The notes below the pieces were generated by a model. That model was not told the origin of the DNA. It was given only the letters and a program-made list of their open reading frames with translations, and searched no databases. Shown one piece after another: positions 54,803 to 64,000 of a stretch of 64,000 bases of DNA (position 1 is its first letter; each line of letters begins with the position of its first letter). This DNA comes from Candidatus Magasanikiibacteriota bacterium. GTDB lineage: Bacteria; Patescibacteriota; Patescibacteriia; Magasanikbacterales; GWA2-37-8. The position numbers and the translations under genes are program-made. The stretch covers positions 212,490-276,489 of the forward strand of contig JAGOQR010000001.1 in NCBI GenBank assembly GCA_017991415.1. Reading direction: 5' to 3'.

Positions 54803-55483
54803 TTATAGCTTATATTTTCCATCATTTTCGTCACTTATTATTTCACCACCATGCAATGTAATAACTCTGCGACGCAAATGATTTACCACCTCGCGGTTAT
54901 GCGTAACCAGAATAACAGTTGTGCCAAATTCGTTAATCTTTTTTAAAATAGAAATGACTTCTTCGGTATTTATAGTATCCAAATTACCAGTTGGTTCATC
55001 GGCTACGATAATCTTTGGGCGATGCACAAGAGATCGCCCGATAGCAGTTCGCTGCTGCTCACCACCCGACAATTGAAAGGGATAACTCTTACCTTTGTGC
55101 GCCAATCCAACAATCTCTAGAACCTGTGGCACCACCTGATGAATACGAATTTTTGTTTCTCCTGCAACTTCTAAAGCAAAGGCAATATTTTCGTACACTG
55201 TTCTTTGTGGTAATAATTTGTAATCTTGAAAAACAACTCCAATTTGACGACGTAAAAATGGAATATCACTTGAATTAATCTTGGTAATATCCCAACCACC
55301 TATTTCTATAGTACCTTTGTTTGGTTTTTCTTCGCCAATAAGCATTTTGATTAGGGTTGTCTTACCAGTTCCACTCTGGCCAACAATAGACACAAAATCA
55401 CCTGCATCAATAGTGAGATTAAGGTTGCGCAATGCAGGGGTACCTGTAGGATAAATTTTACTAACGCCAGTTATTTTTATCAT
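54803..55483 (-). CDS. ftsE: cell-division ABC transporter ATP-binding protein FtsE
   Basis: 226 aa with GQSGTGKTT, LSGGEQQRTAIGRSL and IIVADEPT. Confidence 0.85.
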   Translation of the reverse strand: MIKITGVSKIYPTGTPALRNLNLTIDAGDFVSIVGQSGTGKTTLIKMLIGEEKPNKGTIEIGGWDITKINSSDIPFLRRQIGVVFQDYKLLPQRTVYENIAFALEVAGETKIRIHQVVPQVLEIVGLAHKGKSYPFQLSGGEQQRTAIGRSLVHRPKIIVADEPTGNLDTINTEEVISILKKINEFGTTVILVTHNREVVNHLRRRVITLHGGEIISDENDGKYKL

Positions 55484-55668
55484 GAAAGTAGTGAATTTTA
55501 TGTATTATACCATACACAAAGAGGCGGCAGGAACTATCAGGGAAAATTAATAATAATTAGTGTATCATATTTACTGAAAAGGCCCAAGAAAATAATGGGG
55601 ACAAATAAAAGAGCACTCTTTACCCCTCTTATACTCCTTTTTTAAGCACAAATACAATAAGAAGAAAT

Positions 55669-55701
55669 AAAAACCACCGTCATTATACTGCGGTGGTTTT
55701 T
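55669..55701 (-). terminator. rho-independent terminator (AAAAACCACCG-loop-CGGTGGTTTTT)
   Basis: Strong hairpin plus T-run between the small gene at 55705 and ftsE. Confidence 0.6.
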
Positions 55702-55704
55702 AAA

Positions 55705-55929
55705 TTATTTATATCGATCTAGTTCAGTTAATATACTATCAATATCTTTATAGCTCTTAAGGAGATAAAATCTAATGTCCTGCATAGTTTTACGCTCATC
55801 CTCTTCACTTTCTAATACATCTTTACTCCTATACTCCAAAATATTTTCTCGAATCGAAGAATTTACTTGCCTGATTCTACCAAGAACATCTTGTAATTTT
55901 TTTCCTGCACGCTGCATATCAAATGGCAT
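55705..55929 (-). CDS. small hypothetical protein
   Basis: 74 aa, charged, helical. Confidence 0.25.
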   Translation of the reverse strand: MPFDMQRAGKKLQDVLGRIRQVNSSIRENILEYRSKDVLESEEDERKTMQDIRFYLLKSYKDIDSILTELDRYK

Positions 55930-55954
55930 AAAAAGATTTTTATTAAATTAATAC

Positions 55955-58900
55955 TCAGGGTAAAGGTGGCGGTACGCTCCAAAGACTAAGTGGCTGCCAA
56001 AAATAGTCTACATTAACAAAGCTTGATGATGACATATTTTTAAAATCAACAACGAGCTGCGATACATTAGATGGGTTGCTCTCCACACCAATTGCTAAAT
56101 TGTTAAAATTAACAGCATCCAAACTAATTGCACCGCTCGAAGTTTTGACACCACGACTGTTGGCATTTTTTATACTTGCACCAATAGTTGTATTAGAGAC
56201 TGTAAGTATAGAATTATTAGACTGGACAGAGCTCGCTTCGCTATCCCACAAATTAGAATTCGTAATAGTTACATTGGAATCATTAACCAAAATCATCCCA
56301 TTTAAATTTTCGGGTCGACCGTTTAACCTATTTCCTTGCTTAAAATGCACAAAATTGAGCGTGGAAGTTGAGTTGTAAAAACGCAGATTGCCCCAACTTG
56401 CCGTCTCTGGGTATGGAAGAAAATTAACTGGCTTCTGAGCTGTTCCAAATACATTCAAAGAACCTCGTACTTCTATAATACCATATAAGGGCACAAATAT
56501 GGATACACCTGGCTCAATAGTGAGGCGGGCCGAAGAGGAAACAGAAAGCGTATTTAACAAATAATTTTGCGACTCGCCAATAACCACCTCTTGATTAGCA
56601 ACAGTAACATTCTCTAGATATGGCATATTGAGAATATTATTCGCGTAGGTAATACCCGTGAGGGCAGGCCACCTATCCTTAATGTATAATGGTCCGTTAT
56701 TATTAGAAAAATAATTAAATTCTGAATCTGAAATAATAAGCGAACTATTTTCTGACTGGATAGCTCGGTCGCCACCAGCAAAAACTGTATGGGTAATAGT
56801 AGTTGTTGAATCTTTTTCAAAAAAAGTGAGCGGACCATTATTAGAAAAAGAAGAATTGGAAATAGAAAGAATAGAGTTATCTGCTCGTATTGCCTGAGAA
56901 ACAGGGATGGCAAATGGCGGCACTACAAAACCTTTCCCTGCATAACGAAGAACCATATTATTTAAAGTCCCGACAGAACCAGGCTTAAACCAAAATCCCT
57001 GCCAATCCTGAGCCGAAGAAGAAGCTGCAGACCACGGACCAACTACTGTTCTGCTGCCTAATTCTTCGAAAGACACATCTCTACCAGAAGTAAAAATAAC
57101 TTTTTCATCGGCACTACCAGAAACTGTAAGATTGCCTAAAATATCTATCTTAGAATTATTAAAATAACTTTTAATAATTACACCTGGTTCAATAATTAAT
57201 TTTTTACCGACAGGTATAGAATAATATTGTAAAATATACGGAGAATTATTTTTGGTTAAGACTCTAACAGAATCTTCCTGATCAAAATTTAAATTAATAA
57301 ATCCAAAATTCGACCTCTTTGGAGAACCATAAATCTGTCCTCCGTTAAACGTTCGACCATTTTCTCGGAAACCTTGATTGCTCTGCCAATTTTGAGCATC
57401 ACTGCCATTCCCTAGCGGATTGATTCTTTCCATTGTTTTGTATTTAACTGCATCTCCCGCAAACCACCCCGCACTTGCGTTTACCTCATCCGCAACTTCT
57501 CCGTTTGGCTTAATAATCTCTAATTTTTCACCACTATTGCTTAAACTTCCCGTAAAAATAGCGTCGGCAGCTATTTCTTTAATAGTATTATCAGTTGTTC
57601 GCTCAAATAAATAAAAACTACGAGCTGGCACAATTGTAGAATTTACTTTTGACCAATTTAAAACCTTATTGCTTATTATAAGTTTCCAGTCTTTTAGATC
57701 TATAGCATGGTCTGTATTATTATAGAGTTCAAACCACTCATGCGTTGAATAGTCGGCTGAAGTGCCAGACCAAGCAATTTCGTTAATAACTACTTCCCTA
57801 CTCCACTGTATCAAATTTGGAAGAGAAGGTTCGCTCCAAGCAGAAGTATTACCACTTATATCAATGGCTCTAGCTCTAAAATAATATGATTGTCCTCGTG
57901 CACCAGAAAAAGTAAAAACTGTGTTAACGGTACTTGTCGCAATACTTTGCCACTGCATACTATTGGTAGAAAATTCTACTTCAAAATATATGGCCAAAGA
58001 TGATGTATCACTACTAGTTACATGAACTAAAATACTGACAGAGTCTAGCCCTGATTGATTGGTAATACCCAGAATCGGAACTGTCGGTGCCTCAATACCA
58101 GGAACTACTTCCTGGCTACTGGTAGCACTAGCAGGGTTATTTGAATTGACTTCTTGAACTATAGTTGATGATGGCGCAGCGGCTGAAGAAGTGGGCTCTA
58201 CGACCTCTACAGAACCTTCTAGGGTTAATATAGGATATGAGACCATTGGCTCCTCATATGCTTGCTTATTAGCACCTTGGATACCGCCACCATAGACAGC
58301 TTGGCTTGGAGCTGGCTCAAATACAGGATTAATAATTTTTACCCCTAAAACACTTGCCTCCACTGGTATAGAAGTTTGAATATCTACTTTTTTTATTAAT
58401 TTATTTTGCACATTACTATTAACCTGAGAAATTTTAGCAATTTCTACATTAGATATAGGAGAGGCTGCTGGTAATTGAGCAGGCTGATTAAAGTTTTGCC
58501 CCACAGGATTCTCAACCGTTATTTGATTCTGCAAACCTAATCCTACTTTTACAGAATCCAAAACACCATTAAAAAATCCCAACAGACTGGACCCGAGAGA
58601 TTTTTGCCCCTCTGCAATACCAGAGGTAGCAGCAACAATAGTATTGTGCATATCTTTGCAAGTACTTTCTGAATAACTACAGATTTTAATAACACTTCTT
58701 TTTGGAAACTGTTGCAGCGCAACCAAAAAAGAAGTATTACTATCTGAAATAATAGGTTCGAGTGCATCAGGATTTTGTTTGTATTTTTCTACTTCTTGAA
58801 AAAATAAATTAATAACACTGGCTCCTGTTAGCACAGCTTCTGGAAAAAGTTTGTCTCGATAAGAAGGGAGAACAAAATCTGTTTCATTTATAGAATAAAT

Positions 58901-59773
58901 TTCTTTTCTGTTAAAAACAGAATCTTGAGGATTTGCTTTTGCTAAATTAATTTTATTATCACTATCAAACAAAATTTTTAACTCTCCTTTGCTAGTTTTT
59001 ATATAATTAACTTTTAGCAAACTGAGTGCTGGAAAATTAAACTCGGTATTATTAATAGTATCTTCGGAAAAAAAGTTTTTATTTGTATATATAGCCAAAT
59101 CCTTAATTGCCTGACTTACTGAATTTATTCTTTTAAAATTTGCATTATTTTGTAATAAATCTTTGGCAACACGCAAAGCACCTTCATCGGTTTGAACTTT
59201 TGAATATGCTTCATAGGGAGAGCCGGGATCTCCTTCAATTCCAGGATGCGAATCATCCCGAACATGATCGGGCACACTTACATCTTCCACTAAATGAAGT
59301 ACATGACCCAAAGCAATAAATGCTGTTTTTGTATCACCCTCGATATAGGACCTGAGTGCCCTCTGCCAAGTTTGATTACCGTACTGACGACCATATGCTG
59401 ATTGGTATTCCTGGTTAGTTACCCACTTAATTGATGGCAGCGCATGCTTTGGAGCTATATCTCCACCTAGCTGATAGCCCTCCTGCTCCGAAAGATTGCC
59501 CAGATGTTTACCAGACCACCCAACATCATGCACTGGATCGTAGAAATGATTGATCCATCGGGCTGGTCCATCTTCTTCTACAGCACCCTGTTTAAGCCAA
59601 TTTATTTCACTGGATGACAAATTATAGTTTGGATTTAAGTTTTTAGCATTAAAAAATAGAGCCATTTCGTAAGTTAAGGCTGGATGGGTAGAGCGCTGAT
59701 CGTAGGCCCCTACTGGATGTATAAATAGCAACGAAAGAAGAATACTAAAAATCATAACAAAGAAATTTTCCAA
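55955..59773 (-). CDS. giant secreted multidomain protein: N-terminal zinc-dependent phospholipase C/P1-nuclease-like domain, FN3/Ig-like modules, lamin-tail domain, C-terminal right-handed beta-helix repeats
   Basis: 1272 aa with a signal peptide. PLC-like motifs NHFYDPVHDVGW and FIALGHVLHLVEDVSVPDHV (compare B. cereus PLC SHFYDP / LHYLGDVNQPMH). LTD signature VINEIAWSGT...EWFELYNNTDHAIDLKDWKL. C-terminal N/S/T-rich beta-helix repeats. Confidence 0.5.
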   Translation of the reverse strand: MENFFVMIFSILLSLLFIHPVGAYDQRSTHPALTYEMALFFNAKNLNPNYNLSSSEINWLKQGAVEEDGPARWINHFYDPVHDVGWSGKHLGNLSEQEGYQLGGDIAPKHALPSIKWVTNQEYQSAYGRQYGNQTWQRALRSYIEGDTKTAFIALGHVLHLVEDVSVPDHVRDDSHPGIEGDPGSPYEAYSKVQTDEGALRVAKDLLQNNANFKRINSVSQAIKDLAIYTNKNFFSEDTINNTEFNFPALSLLKVNYIKTSKGELKILFDSDNKINLAKANPQDSVFNRKEIYSINETDFVLPSYRDKLFPEAVLTGASVINLFFQEVEKYKQNPDALEPIISDSNTSFLVALQQFPKRSVIKICSYSESTCKDMHNTIVAATSGIAEGQKSLGSSLLGFFNGVLDSVKVGLGLQNQITVENPVGQNFNQPAQLPAASPISNVEIAKISQVNSNVQNKLIKKVDIQTSIPVEASVLGVKIINPVFEPAPSQAVYGGGIQGANKQAYEEPMVSYPILTLEGSVEVVEPTSSAAAPSSTIVQEVNSNNPASATSSQEVVPGIEAPTVPILGITNQSGLDSVSILVHVTSSDTSSLAIYFEVEFSTNSMQWQSIATSTVNTVFTFSGARGQSYYFRARAIDISGNTSAWSEPSLPNLIQWSREVVINEIAWSGTSADYSTHEWFELYNNTDHAIDLKDWKLIISNKVLNWSKVNSTIVPARSFYLFERTTDNTIKEIAADAIFTGSLSNSGEKLEIIKPNGEVADEVNASAGWFAGDAVKYKTMERINPLGNGSDAQNWQSNQGFRENGRTFNGGQIYGSPKRSNFGFINLNFDQEDSVRVLTKNNSPYILQYYSIPVGKKLIIEPGVIIKSYFNNSKIDILGNLTVSGSADEKVIFTSGRDVSFEELGSRTVVGPWSAASSSAQDWQGFWFKPGSVGTLNNMVLRYAGKGFVVPPFAIPVSQAIRADNSILSISNSSFSNNGPLTFFEKDSTTTITHTVFAGGDRAIQSENSSLIISDSEFNYFSNNNGPLYIKDRWPALTGITYANNILNMPYLENVTVANQEVVIGESQNYLLNTLSVSSSARLTIEPGVSIFVPLYGIIEVRGSLNVFGTAQKPVNFLPYPETASWGNLRFYNSTSTLNFVHFKQGNRLNGRPENLNGMILVNDSNVTITNSNLWDSEASSVQSNNSILTVSNTTIGASIKNANSRGVKTSSGAISLDAVNFNNLAIGVESNPSNVSQLVVDFKNMSSSSFVNVDYFWQPLSLWSVPPPLP

Positions 59774-60225
59774 ATCTTATTATATGGATTCAGAATAAAA
59801 ATAACTGATGAATTAATTTGTTTTCCATTTTCATTAATAAGACGATAATAATATGCTGTATTTTCTGTCTGAGAATCGAATGTTATGTTTTGTAGACTAG
59901 CAATATCTATAGCGCCCTTTTCTCGTATCGTATCTTCGATGATATGTTTCCAACTAGCTTGCTTCTCTAATACAAAATATTTACTTGCTAAGTCTATATC
60001 ATTTGTATGCAAGGCACTCAAAAATAAATTCCAAGTTTCTTGGGGTGTTTGGCCACCATATACATCATCTCGGTAAGGCTTACTTAATCCTGCCTGAAAT
60101 TCTTCTATCTTTTTTTCAAAGATATGCCCTTGCCAGGTAAAATAGACCGAAATACAAACCCAGATTAATAAGATTAAAAGAACCAGGCTGCCACAAGTAA
60201 AAATAAGTATTTTTGTATAACGCAT
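59752..60225 (-). CDS. hypothetical protein with N-terminal TM anchor
   Basis: 157 aa. Confidence 0.3.
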   Translation of the reverse strand: MRYTKILIFTCGSLVLLILLIWVCISVYFTWQGHIFEKKIEEFQAGLSKPYRDDVYGGQTPQETWNLFLSALHTNDIDLASKYFVLEKQASWKHIIEDTIREKGAIDIASLQNITFDSQTENTAYYYRLINENGKQINSSVIFILNPYNKIWKISLL

Positions 60226-60549
60226 AATAAAAAAATTAATTTGCAGCTATTATAAATAAGTTCTAGTAAAATATTTCTAAAAATAAAAACAAAAATCGAC
60301 TGTTATCCACAGTCGATATACACCAGATACGCTTACCAAATAAACAATGAATTATTTTTTCTTTCGAACTTTAACAATAATAAACAGCACAATCAGAAGC
60401 AGCACAAAAGGTATTGCGGGTTGCAGCGAATAAAAAACCTGTTTAGCAGTACTTATAATATAACTGAACATACTGATGATTAGAAATATATTTTTTTATA
60501 AACACATAACCCCTCCGAACAAGGAAGGGTTATCTGTATACGAAAAATT

Positions 60550-60786
60550 TTACATTGTTGGTTTAGGCTCACACATTTTACAATCTTTTTTATGGCAAAG
60601 TAGCAATTCCAAGGCTGAGACACCTACTAATACGTAGATAACTCTGGAAACTAAAGCAGCTTGACCACCAAAGAGAGACCCCACATCCCAACCAAACAAG
60701 CCTACGAGCAACCAATTAAGGCCGCCAACAATCACTAACAAAAAGGCGATCATGTGAACAACTTTATTTTCTTTCATACTTTTCAC
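60550..60786 (-). CDS. DUF378-family small membrane protein
   Basis: 78 aa, two TM, GGLNWLLVGLFGWD motif. Confidence 0.5.
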   Translation of the reverse strand: MKSMKENKVVHMIAFLLVIVGGLNWLLVGLFGWDVGSLFGGQAALVSRVIYVLVGVSALELLLCHKKDCKMCEPKPTM

Positions 60787-60854
60787 CCCCTCTCGATTAG
60801 ACAGATTAGAACTCTAATTTGCAAACCAATTATATCTTACCATACTACACCAAA

Positions 60855-61715
60855 CTATAAAATAACTCCCTCTCTATTTTCTTCTTCTTTATTTAAAATA
60901 TAGACATCAGCATTATATTCATCATTACCTACAAATTCTGCTTTTTTATTTAAAATTGCCTCCATTGGAAGGCAGGCCATACAACCATCACCATTAGGAC
61001 ATTTAAAACGCTCCAGCTGTCTGGCTAATTTTAATTGTCTGGCAACATCTAAGATTTTTTTATGCGATGATTCGAGATCTGGTAATTCTTTGGCAGTTAA
61101 CTCGTTACTGTTGTCTAAATACCAATAACTAGCTTTGGAGGCATTATACTTTTGACAATTTTGAACTAACAGCCTATATATTGGAAGCTGCAAAGACTCT
61201 CCGTCTTCTTCGGTCTTACCAGTTTTAAAATCAATAATATGAACACTCTCTGTTTCGGGCAGATACTCAAGCCAATCTATTTTTCCACACAAAATAATAT
61301 TATCTTCTTCTGATAACCAAAATTGCGGTAAATCCATTTGGATTTTTACCGCCAAACCAGAAATAGGTCCTGGATTATTCATTACCCGTCGGATCATATC
61401 CTGACCACGAGCCTTATATTTATATTCTGTTTCTTCACTTGTAAAACCGCCTTTTTTACCGGTAACTTTTGTCCAGGATTTATCAAATTTATCCATCAAA
61501 GAATCTGAAAACCGTACATTTTTTGGCAATACTGATAATGACTCCAAAACCTCATGCACTGTTTGACCCAAAGCCAAGGCAGGACTCATGATTTTTACCT
61601 TATGATTTGTTTTAGGGTCTCGATATACATTTTTAAGATAGTAAGCGCGCGGACAACGCAAAAAATCACTGATCGAAGTATGGGAAACCCAGGTGGCAGT
61701 ATACTTGTCCGACAT
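60855..61715 (-). CDS. PD-(D/E)XK nuclease superfamily protein, Cas4/AddB-nuclease-like with Cys cluster (standalone)
   Basis: 286 aa. N-terminal Cys in ...DFLRCPRAYYLK... Catalytic D...E.K region (IIDFKTGK). C-terminal CPNGDGCMAC, giving the 1+3 Cys arrangement of Cas4-family FeS nucleases. No CRISPR array or cas genes nearby. Confidence 0.55.
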   Translation of the reverse strand: MSDKYTATWVSHTSISDFLRCPRAYYLKNVYRDPKTNHKVKIMSPALALGQTVHEVLESLSVLPKNVRFSDSLMDKFDKSWTKVTGKKGGFTSEETEYKYKARGQDMIRRVMNNPGPISGLAVKIQMDLPQFWLSEEDNIILCGKIDWLEYLPETESVHIIDFKTGKTEEDGESLQLPIYRLLVQNCQKYNASKASYWYLDNSNELTAKELPDLESSHKKILDVARQLKLARQLERFKCPNGDGCMACLPMEAILNKKAEFVGNDEYNADVYILNKEEENREGVIL

Positions 61716-61741
61716 ACAGAGTTTTAATTTGAAAATTTATG

Positions 61742-61936
61742 CTACGCATCCATTACCTGCGACAAGGCATCTTCCTCATCATAACCCTCATCTTCTAATT
61801 TTTCCAATTTCTTTGCTTGGCTTTCATCCAAGTCAAATTCATTCATAAGGTCGTGCACGGCTTTTTCTAAATCATCAGTTAAGACCTCCTCATTCTGAGG
61901 CAAGCTACTACCATCTTGTGATTGATTATTTTGCAT
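61742..61936 (-). CDS. small highly acidic protein
   Basis: 64 aa, about 40% D/E, helical. Confidence 0.25.
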   Translation of the reverse strand: MQNNQSQDGSSLPQNEEVLTDDLEKAVHDLMNEFDLDESQAKKLEKLEDEGYDEEDALSQVMDA

Positions 61937-61957
61937 ATATTATAATTAAAAATAAAT

Positions 61958-62305
61958 TTATAAATCTGTATATTTTGTATGTTTGCCTTTTGCTTTTTCA
62001 ACTGGATATTTTTTAGCTGTTTTTTCTATTTTACGTTGTGCTGCTTGAAACAAGTCTATGTTAAAATCATTGGCCATTAATAATAAAAAATATAATACAT
62101 CAGCAAGTTCATCTCCGATTTCTTCTGAATGATTTTCTATATGCTGCTGCAACTCTTCTTTGTTCTTCCATAAAAAATGTTCTGCCACCTCGCCCGCTTC
62201 TAAAGTTAACCCTATAGCCAAATCTTTTGGCGTATGAAACTGTTTCCAATCTCTGGCATTTCTAAATTCTAAAATCTTATCTGTAAGCTCTTTTAATTCT
62301 GACAT
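61958..62305 (-). CDS. MazG-like nucleotide pyrophosphohydrolase domain protein
   Basis: About 115 aa from MSELKELTDKILEFRNARDW.... EXXE-type motifs (LEAGEVAEHF; EIGDELADVLYF). The upstream extension in the track is unlikely. Confidence 0.55.
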   Translation of the reverse strand: MSELKELTDKILEFRNARDWKQFHTPKDLAIGLTLEAGEVAEHFLWKNKEELQQHIENHSEEIGDELADVLYFLLLMANDFNIDLFQAAQRKIEKTAKKYPVEKAKGKHTKYTDL

Positions 62306-62306
62306 A

Positions 62307-62579
62307 CTAGTCTTTTTTTCCCCATCTCCATTTAAGTTTCTCACCTGTAAAATAACAAGTAACAAGTAAAATAATAGTTGATAAAATAAATGGTAAAACA
62401 AAATTAATTAATGCATCACTCGCAGAGTGCGATAACTTGTCTATATCTCTAAATATGTAAATATTAAAAATAATATAAACTAACAATACTAACCAACCTT
62501 GCCAACTACTTGGCAGCCCCCAGCCCAAACCATACGTTTTTGCTCTAAACCAATATTTTTTTGGCTGTTCCATATACAT
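62307..62579 (-). CDS. small hypothetical membrane protein
   Basis: 90 aa, two TM. Stops 2 nt before the MazG-like start. Confidence 0.3.
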   Translation of the reverse strand: MYMEQPKKYWFRAKTYGLGWGLPSSWQGWLVLLVYIIFNIYIFRDIDKLSHSASDALINFVLPFILSTIILLVTCYFTGEKLKWRWGKKD

Positions 62580-62618
62580 GTAATTTTACTCTTGTTACAA
62601 CTTTAAAACAAGAAACTA

Positions 62619-63065
62619 TTACTCACTTGCCTTGACAGACTCTAAGTCTGCTAACACCGTGGCCACATGCGTATCTGGATCTACCGCATTATAGGCTTTA
62701 AAAATTTTTCCGTGTGGATCTATGAGATAAGAAATCCGTTTGGTAAAAATACCACCAGCCTCATAGGCACTAATAGTGTCTTTTTTACTATCAGATAATA
62801 ATGTAAAATGTAAACCATATTTTTGGGCAAAGTTTTGATGGCTCTGTACAGGGTCAGCACTTATTCCTAAAACTATAACATGCAACTGTTCAAATTTTGA
62901 TAAATTTTCCTGCACAGAACATGCTTCGGTAGTACAGCCAGGCGTATCATCTTTTGGATAAAAATATAATAACACCCACTGACCAATATAATCGGACAAT
63001 TTATGATTTACAGAATTTTGATCGGGTAAATTAAAATCTGGAGCGACTGCAGCAACATGTAACAT
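62619..63065 (-). CDS. bcp: thiol peroxidase / peroxiredoxin Bcp (thioredoxin-dependent)
   Basis: 148 aa. Peroxidatic Cys motif DDTPGCTTEAC and the AhpC/TSA fold. Confidence 0.8.
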   Translation of the reverse strand: MLHVAAVAPDFNLPDQNSVNHKLSDYIGQWVLLYFYPKDDTPGCTTEACSVQENLSKFEQLHVIVLGISADPVQSHQNFAQKYGLHFTLLSDSKKDTISAYEAGGIFTKRISYLIDPHGKIFKAYNAVDPDTHVATVLADLESVKASE

Positions 63066-63090
63066 AGGCCAGAATAATTTAATTACTATT

Positions 63091-63162
63091 GAGCCCCCTG
63101 TCAGAATCGGACTGACGTTTATGGTTTACGATACCACCGTTCTGCCACTGAACTAAGGGGGC
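63091..63162 (-). tRNA. tRNA-Thr (anticodon CGT)
   Basis: Minus-strand. Acceptor GCCCCCT/AGGGGGC, D-arm GTTC-AGTGGC-AGAAC, anticodon loop ATCGTAA, T-arm GTCAG-TCCGATT-CTGAC. Confidence 0.7.
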
Positions 63163-63186
63163 TTTATGTTTTCTAATTCTACCGTA

Positions 63187-63258
63187 GAGCAGGCGATGGG
63201 AATCGAACCCACGGCTCAACCTTGGGAAGGTCGTATATTACCATTATACTACGCCTGC
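63187..63258 (-). tRNA. tRNA-Gly (anticodon CCC)
   Basis: Minus-strand. Acceptor GCAGGCG/CGCCTGC, anticodon loop TTCCCAA, T-arm TGGGT-TCGATTC-CCATC. Confidence 0.75.
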
Positions 63259-63367
63259 AACGAGAGTGCATAGCTACACCGTACAACGCACTAGCTAATA
63301 CACGCTTATTTGCAAAGGCTCTCCGTTTTTACATGGAGAGCCCTCACTTACCTATAATTTCAATATA

Positions 63368-64000
63368 CTATTCTGTAACTTCTCCCTCTAACTCTGCAAA
63401 TGGATTATGAGTCTTGAGATATAATTTTGGTTTAGCTTCTTTTACTACACTCTCTATATAATTTCCTAGGTTAGAGAAAGGAAACAAGATATGACTTGCG
63501 CGCACCTGCTCCTGATTTTCTGTCTTACCTGCCGCATTTTTTACTTTTTCCATCTTACGATCGTCTAATTTTATTATATGATAACCGAACTGAGTTTCTA
63601 CAAGTGTTGGATAAACCTCACCTTTTTTAAGAGAAAAAGCAGCCTGCTCAAACTCTTTTACCATCTGACCCTTAGAGAACCAACCCAAATCTCCGCCATT
63701 CTGAGCGGAACCATCTGAACTGTGTTGCTGAGCAAGCGCAGCAAAGTCTCCACCGTTTTTTACTTGATCAAGTACTTGTTGAGCTTGTACACGTAATGGT
63801 TCTTTCATGTCTGGGTCGGATTGAATTTTTTGAGCTAATTTACTTTGCAAAATAAAAGGACGAATTACTTTATTTTCATAGTTAGCAAGAGTCCAACCAT
63901 ATCTTTTTTGCAATTCTTGATCCAACTCTGATTCATCTTTAAAATTCTGCAACATTTCTTTCTTAAGATTTTCTACGTCCTGATCTTCAACGGTTACATT
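63368..64000 (-). CDS. parvulin-type peptidyl-prolyl cis-trans isomerase (PpiC/PrsA/SurA-like), probably continuing past the window end
   Basis: Rotamase domain VRASHILFP... and GGDLGWFSKGQMVKEFEQAAFSLKKGEV...TQFGYHIIK. The reading frame stays open to position 64000. Confidence 0.65.
   Translation of the reverse strand, partial: NVTVEDQDVENLKKEMLQNFKDESELDQELQKRYGWTLANYENKVIRPFILQSKLAQKIQSDPDMKEPLRVQAQQVLDQVKNGGDFAALAQQHSSDGSAQNGGDLGWFSKGQMVKEFEQAAFSLKKGEVYPTLVETQFGYHIIKLDDRKMEKVKNAAGKTENQEQVRASHILFPFSNLGNYIESVVKEAKPKLYLKTHNPFAELEGEVTE

Noticed and set aside
60352-60471. Possible ~39-aa hydrophobic micro-ORF (MFSYIISTAKQVFYSLQPAIPFVLLLIVLFIIVKVRKKK) on the minus strand
   Set aside because: Too short to support without conservation or expression data. 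Noted only as a possible small membrane peptide.
1-64000. Alternative genetic code (UGA=Gly, code 25, as in some CPR lineages)
   Set aside because: Proteins of 600-1270 aa are intact under the standard code, and TGA is used as a terminator (for example the island B gene). No evidence of stop-codon reassignment.

Overview
The window is AT-rich (about 35-38% GC by eye) and gene-dense. Long ORFs stay intact under the standard genetic code, and most native genes have no Shine-Dalgarno sequence. Gene content is typical of a small-genome bacterium, possibly a CPR/Patescibacteria-like epibiont; this is inference from membrane transport, metal homeostasis and giant surface proteins.

Native genes I can support:
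- an ECF sigma / anti-sigma / HlyD-adaptor module
- a flavinylation module (FMN-binding protein with an SGAT motif, ApbE, and a membrane FNR-like reductase) next to CopC-like and YcnI-like copper-binding proteins
- zur-znuABC, a cold-shock protein, TerC, a CaCA antiporter, GreA, an Ada-like AraC/MGMT fusion and MgtC
- a P1B-type ATPase with a PCP motif, with MarR and DoxX upstream
- three very large secreted or surface proteins (GLUG repeats with PG-binding domains; Ig-like repeats with a C39-like peptidase; PLC-like domain with lamin-tail and beta-helix)
- MacB/FtsX-type ABC transporter, ftsEX, PQQ-type sugar dehydrogenase, Bcp, a parvulin PPIase, and four tRNAs (Asn, Gln, Thr, Gly)

Three things stand out:
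1. There are three short high-GC islands (about 55-65% GC) in the AT-rich background. Each is a complete transcription unit: an exact TTGACA-17nt-TAnAnT promoter placed in AT-rich DNA, a strong SD, a GC-rich CDS and a hairpin terminator.
2. A ~60-110 nt element is repeated 8-10 times between about 33.9 and 47.5 kb. It is homologous to the 3' end and downstream flank of tRNA-Asn, and it splits the region into one- or two-gene accessory cassettes (EEP nuclease, HAD, Zn-protease-like, lipase, GNAT, a high-GC lipoprotein). This looks like an integron-like or tRNA-anchored cassette array, but no integrase is in the window.
3. There is a ~150-nt structured RNA candidate with its own promoter and terminator, followed by a long-stem leader hairpin upstream of the PQQ dehydrogenase gene.
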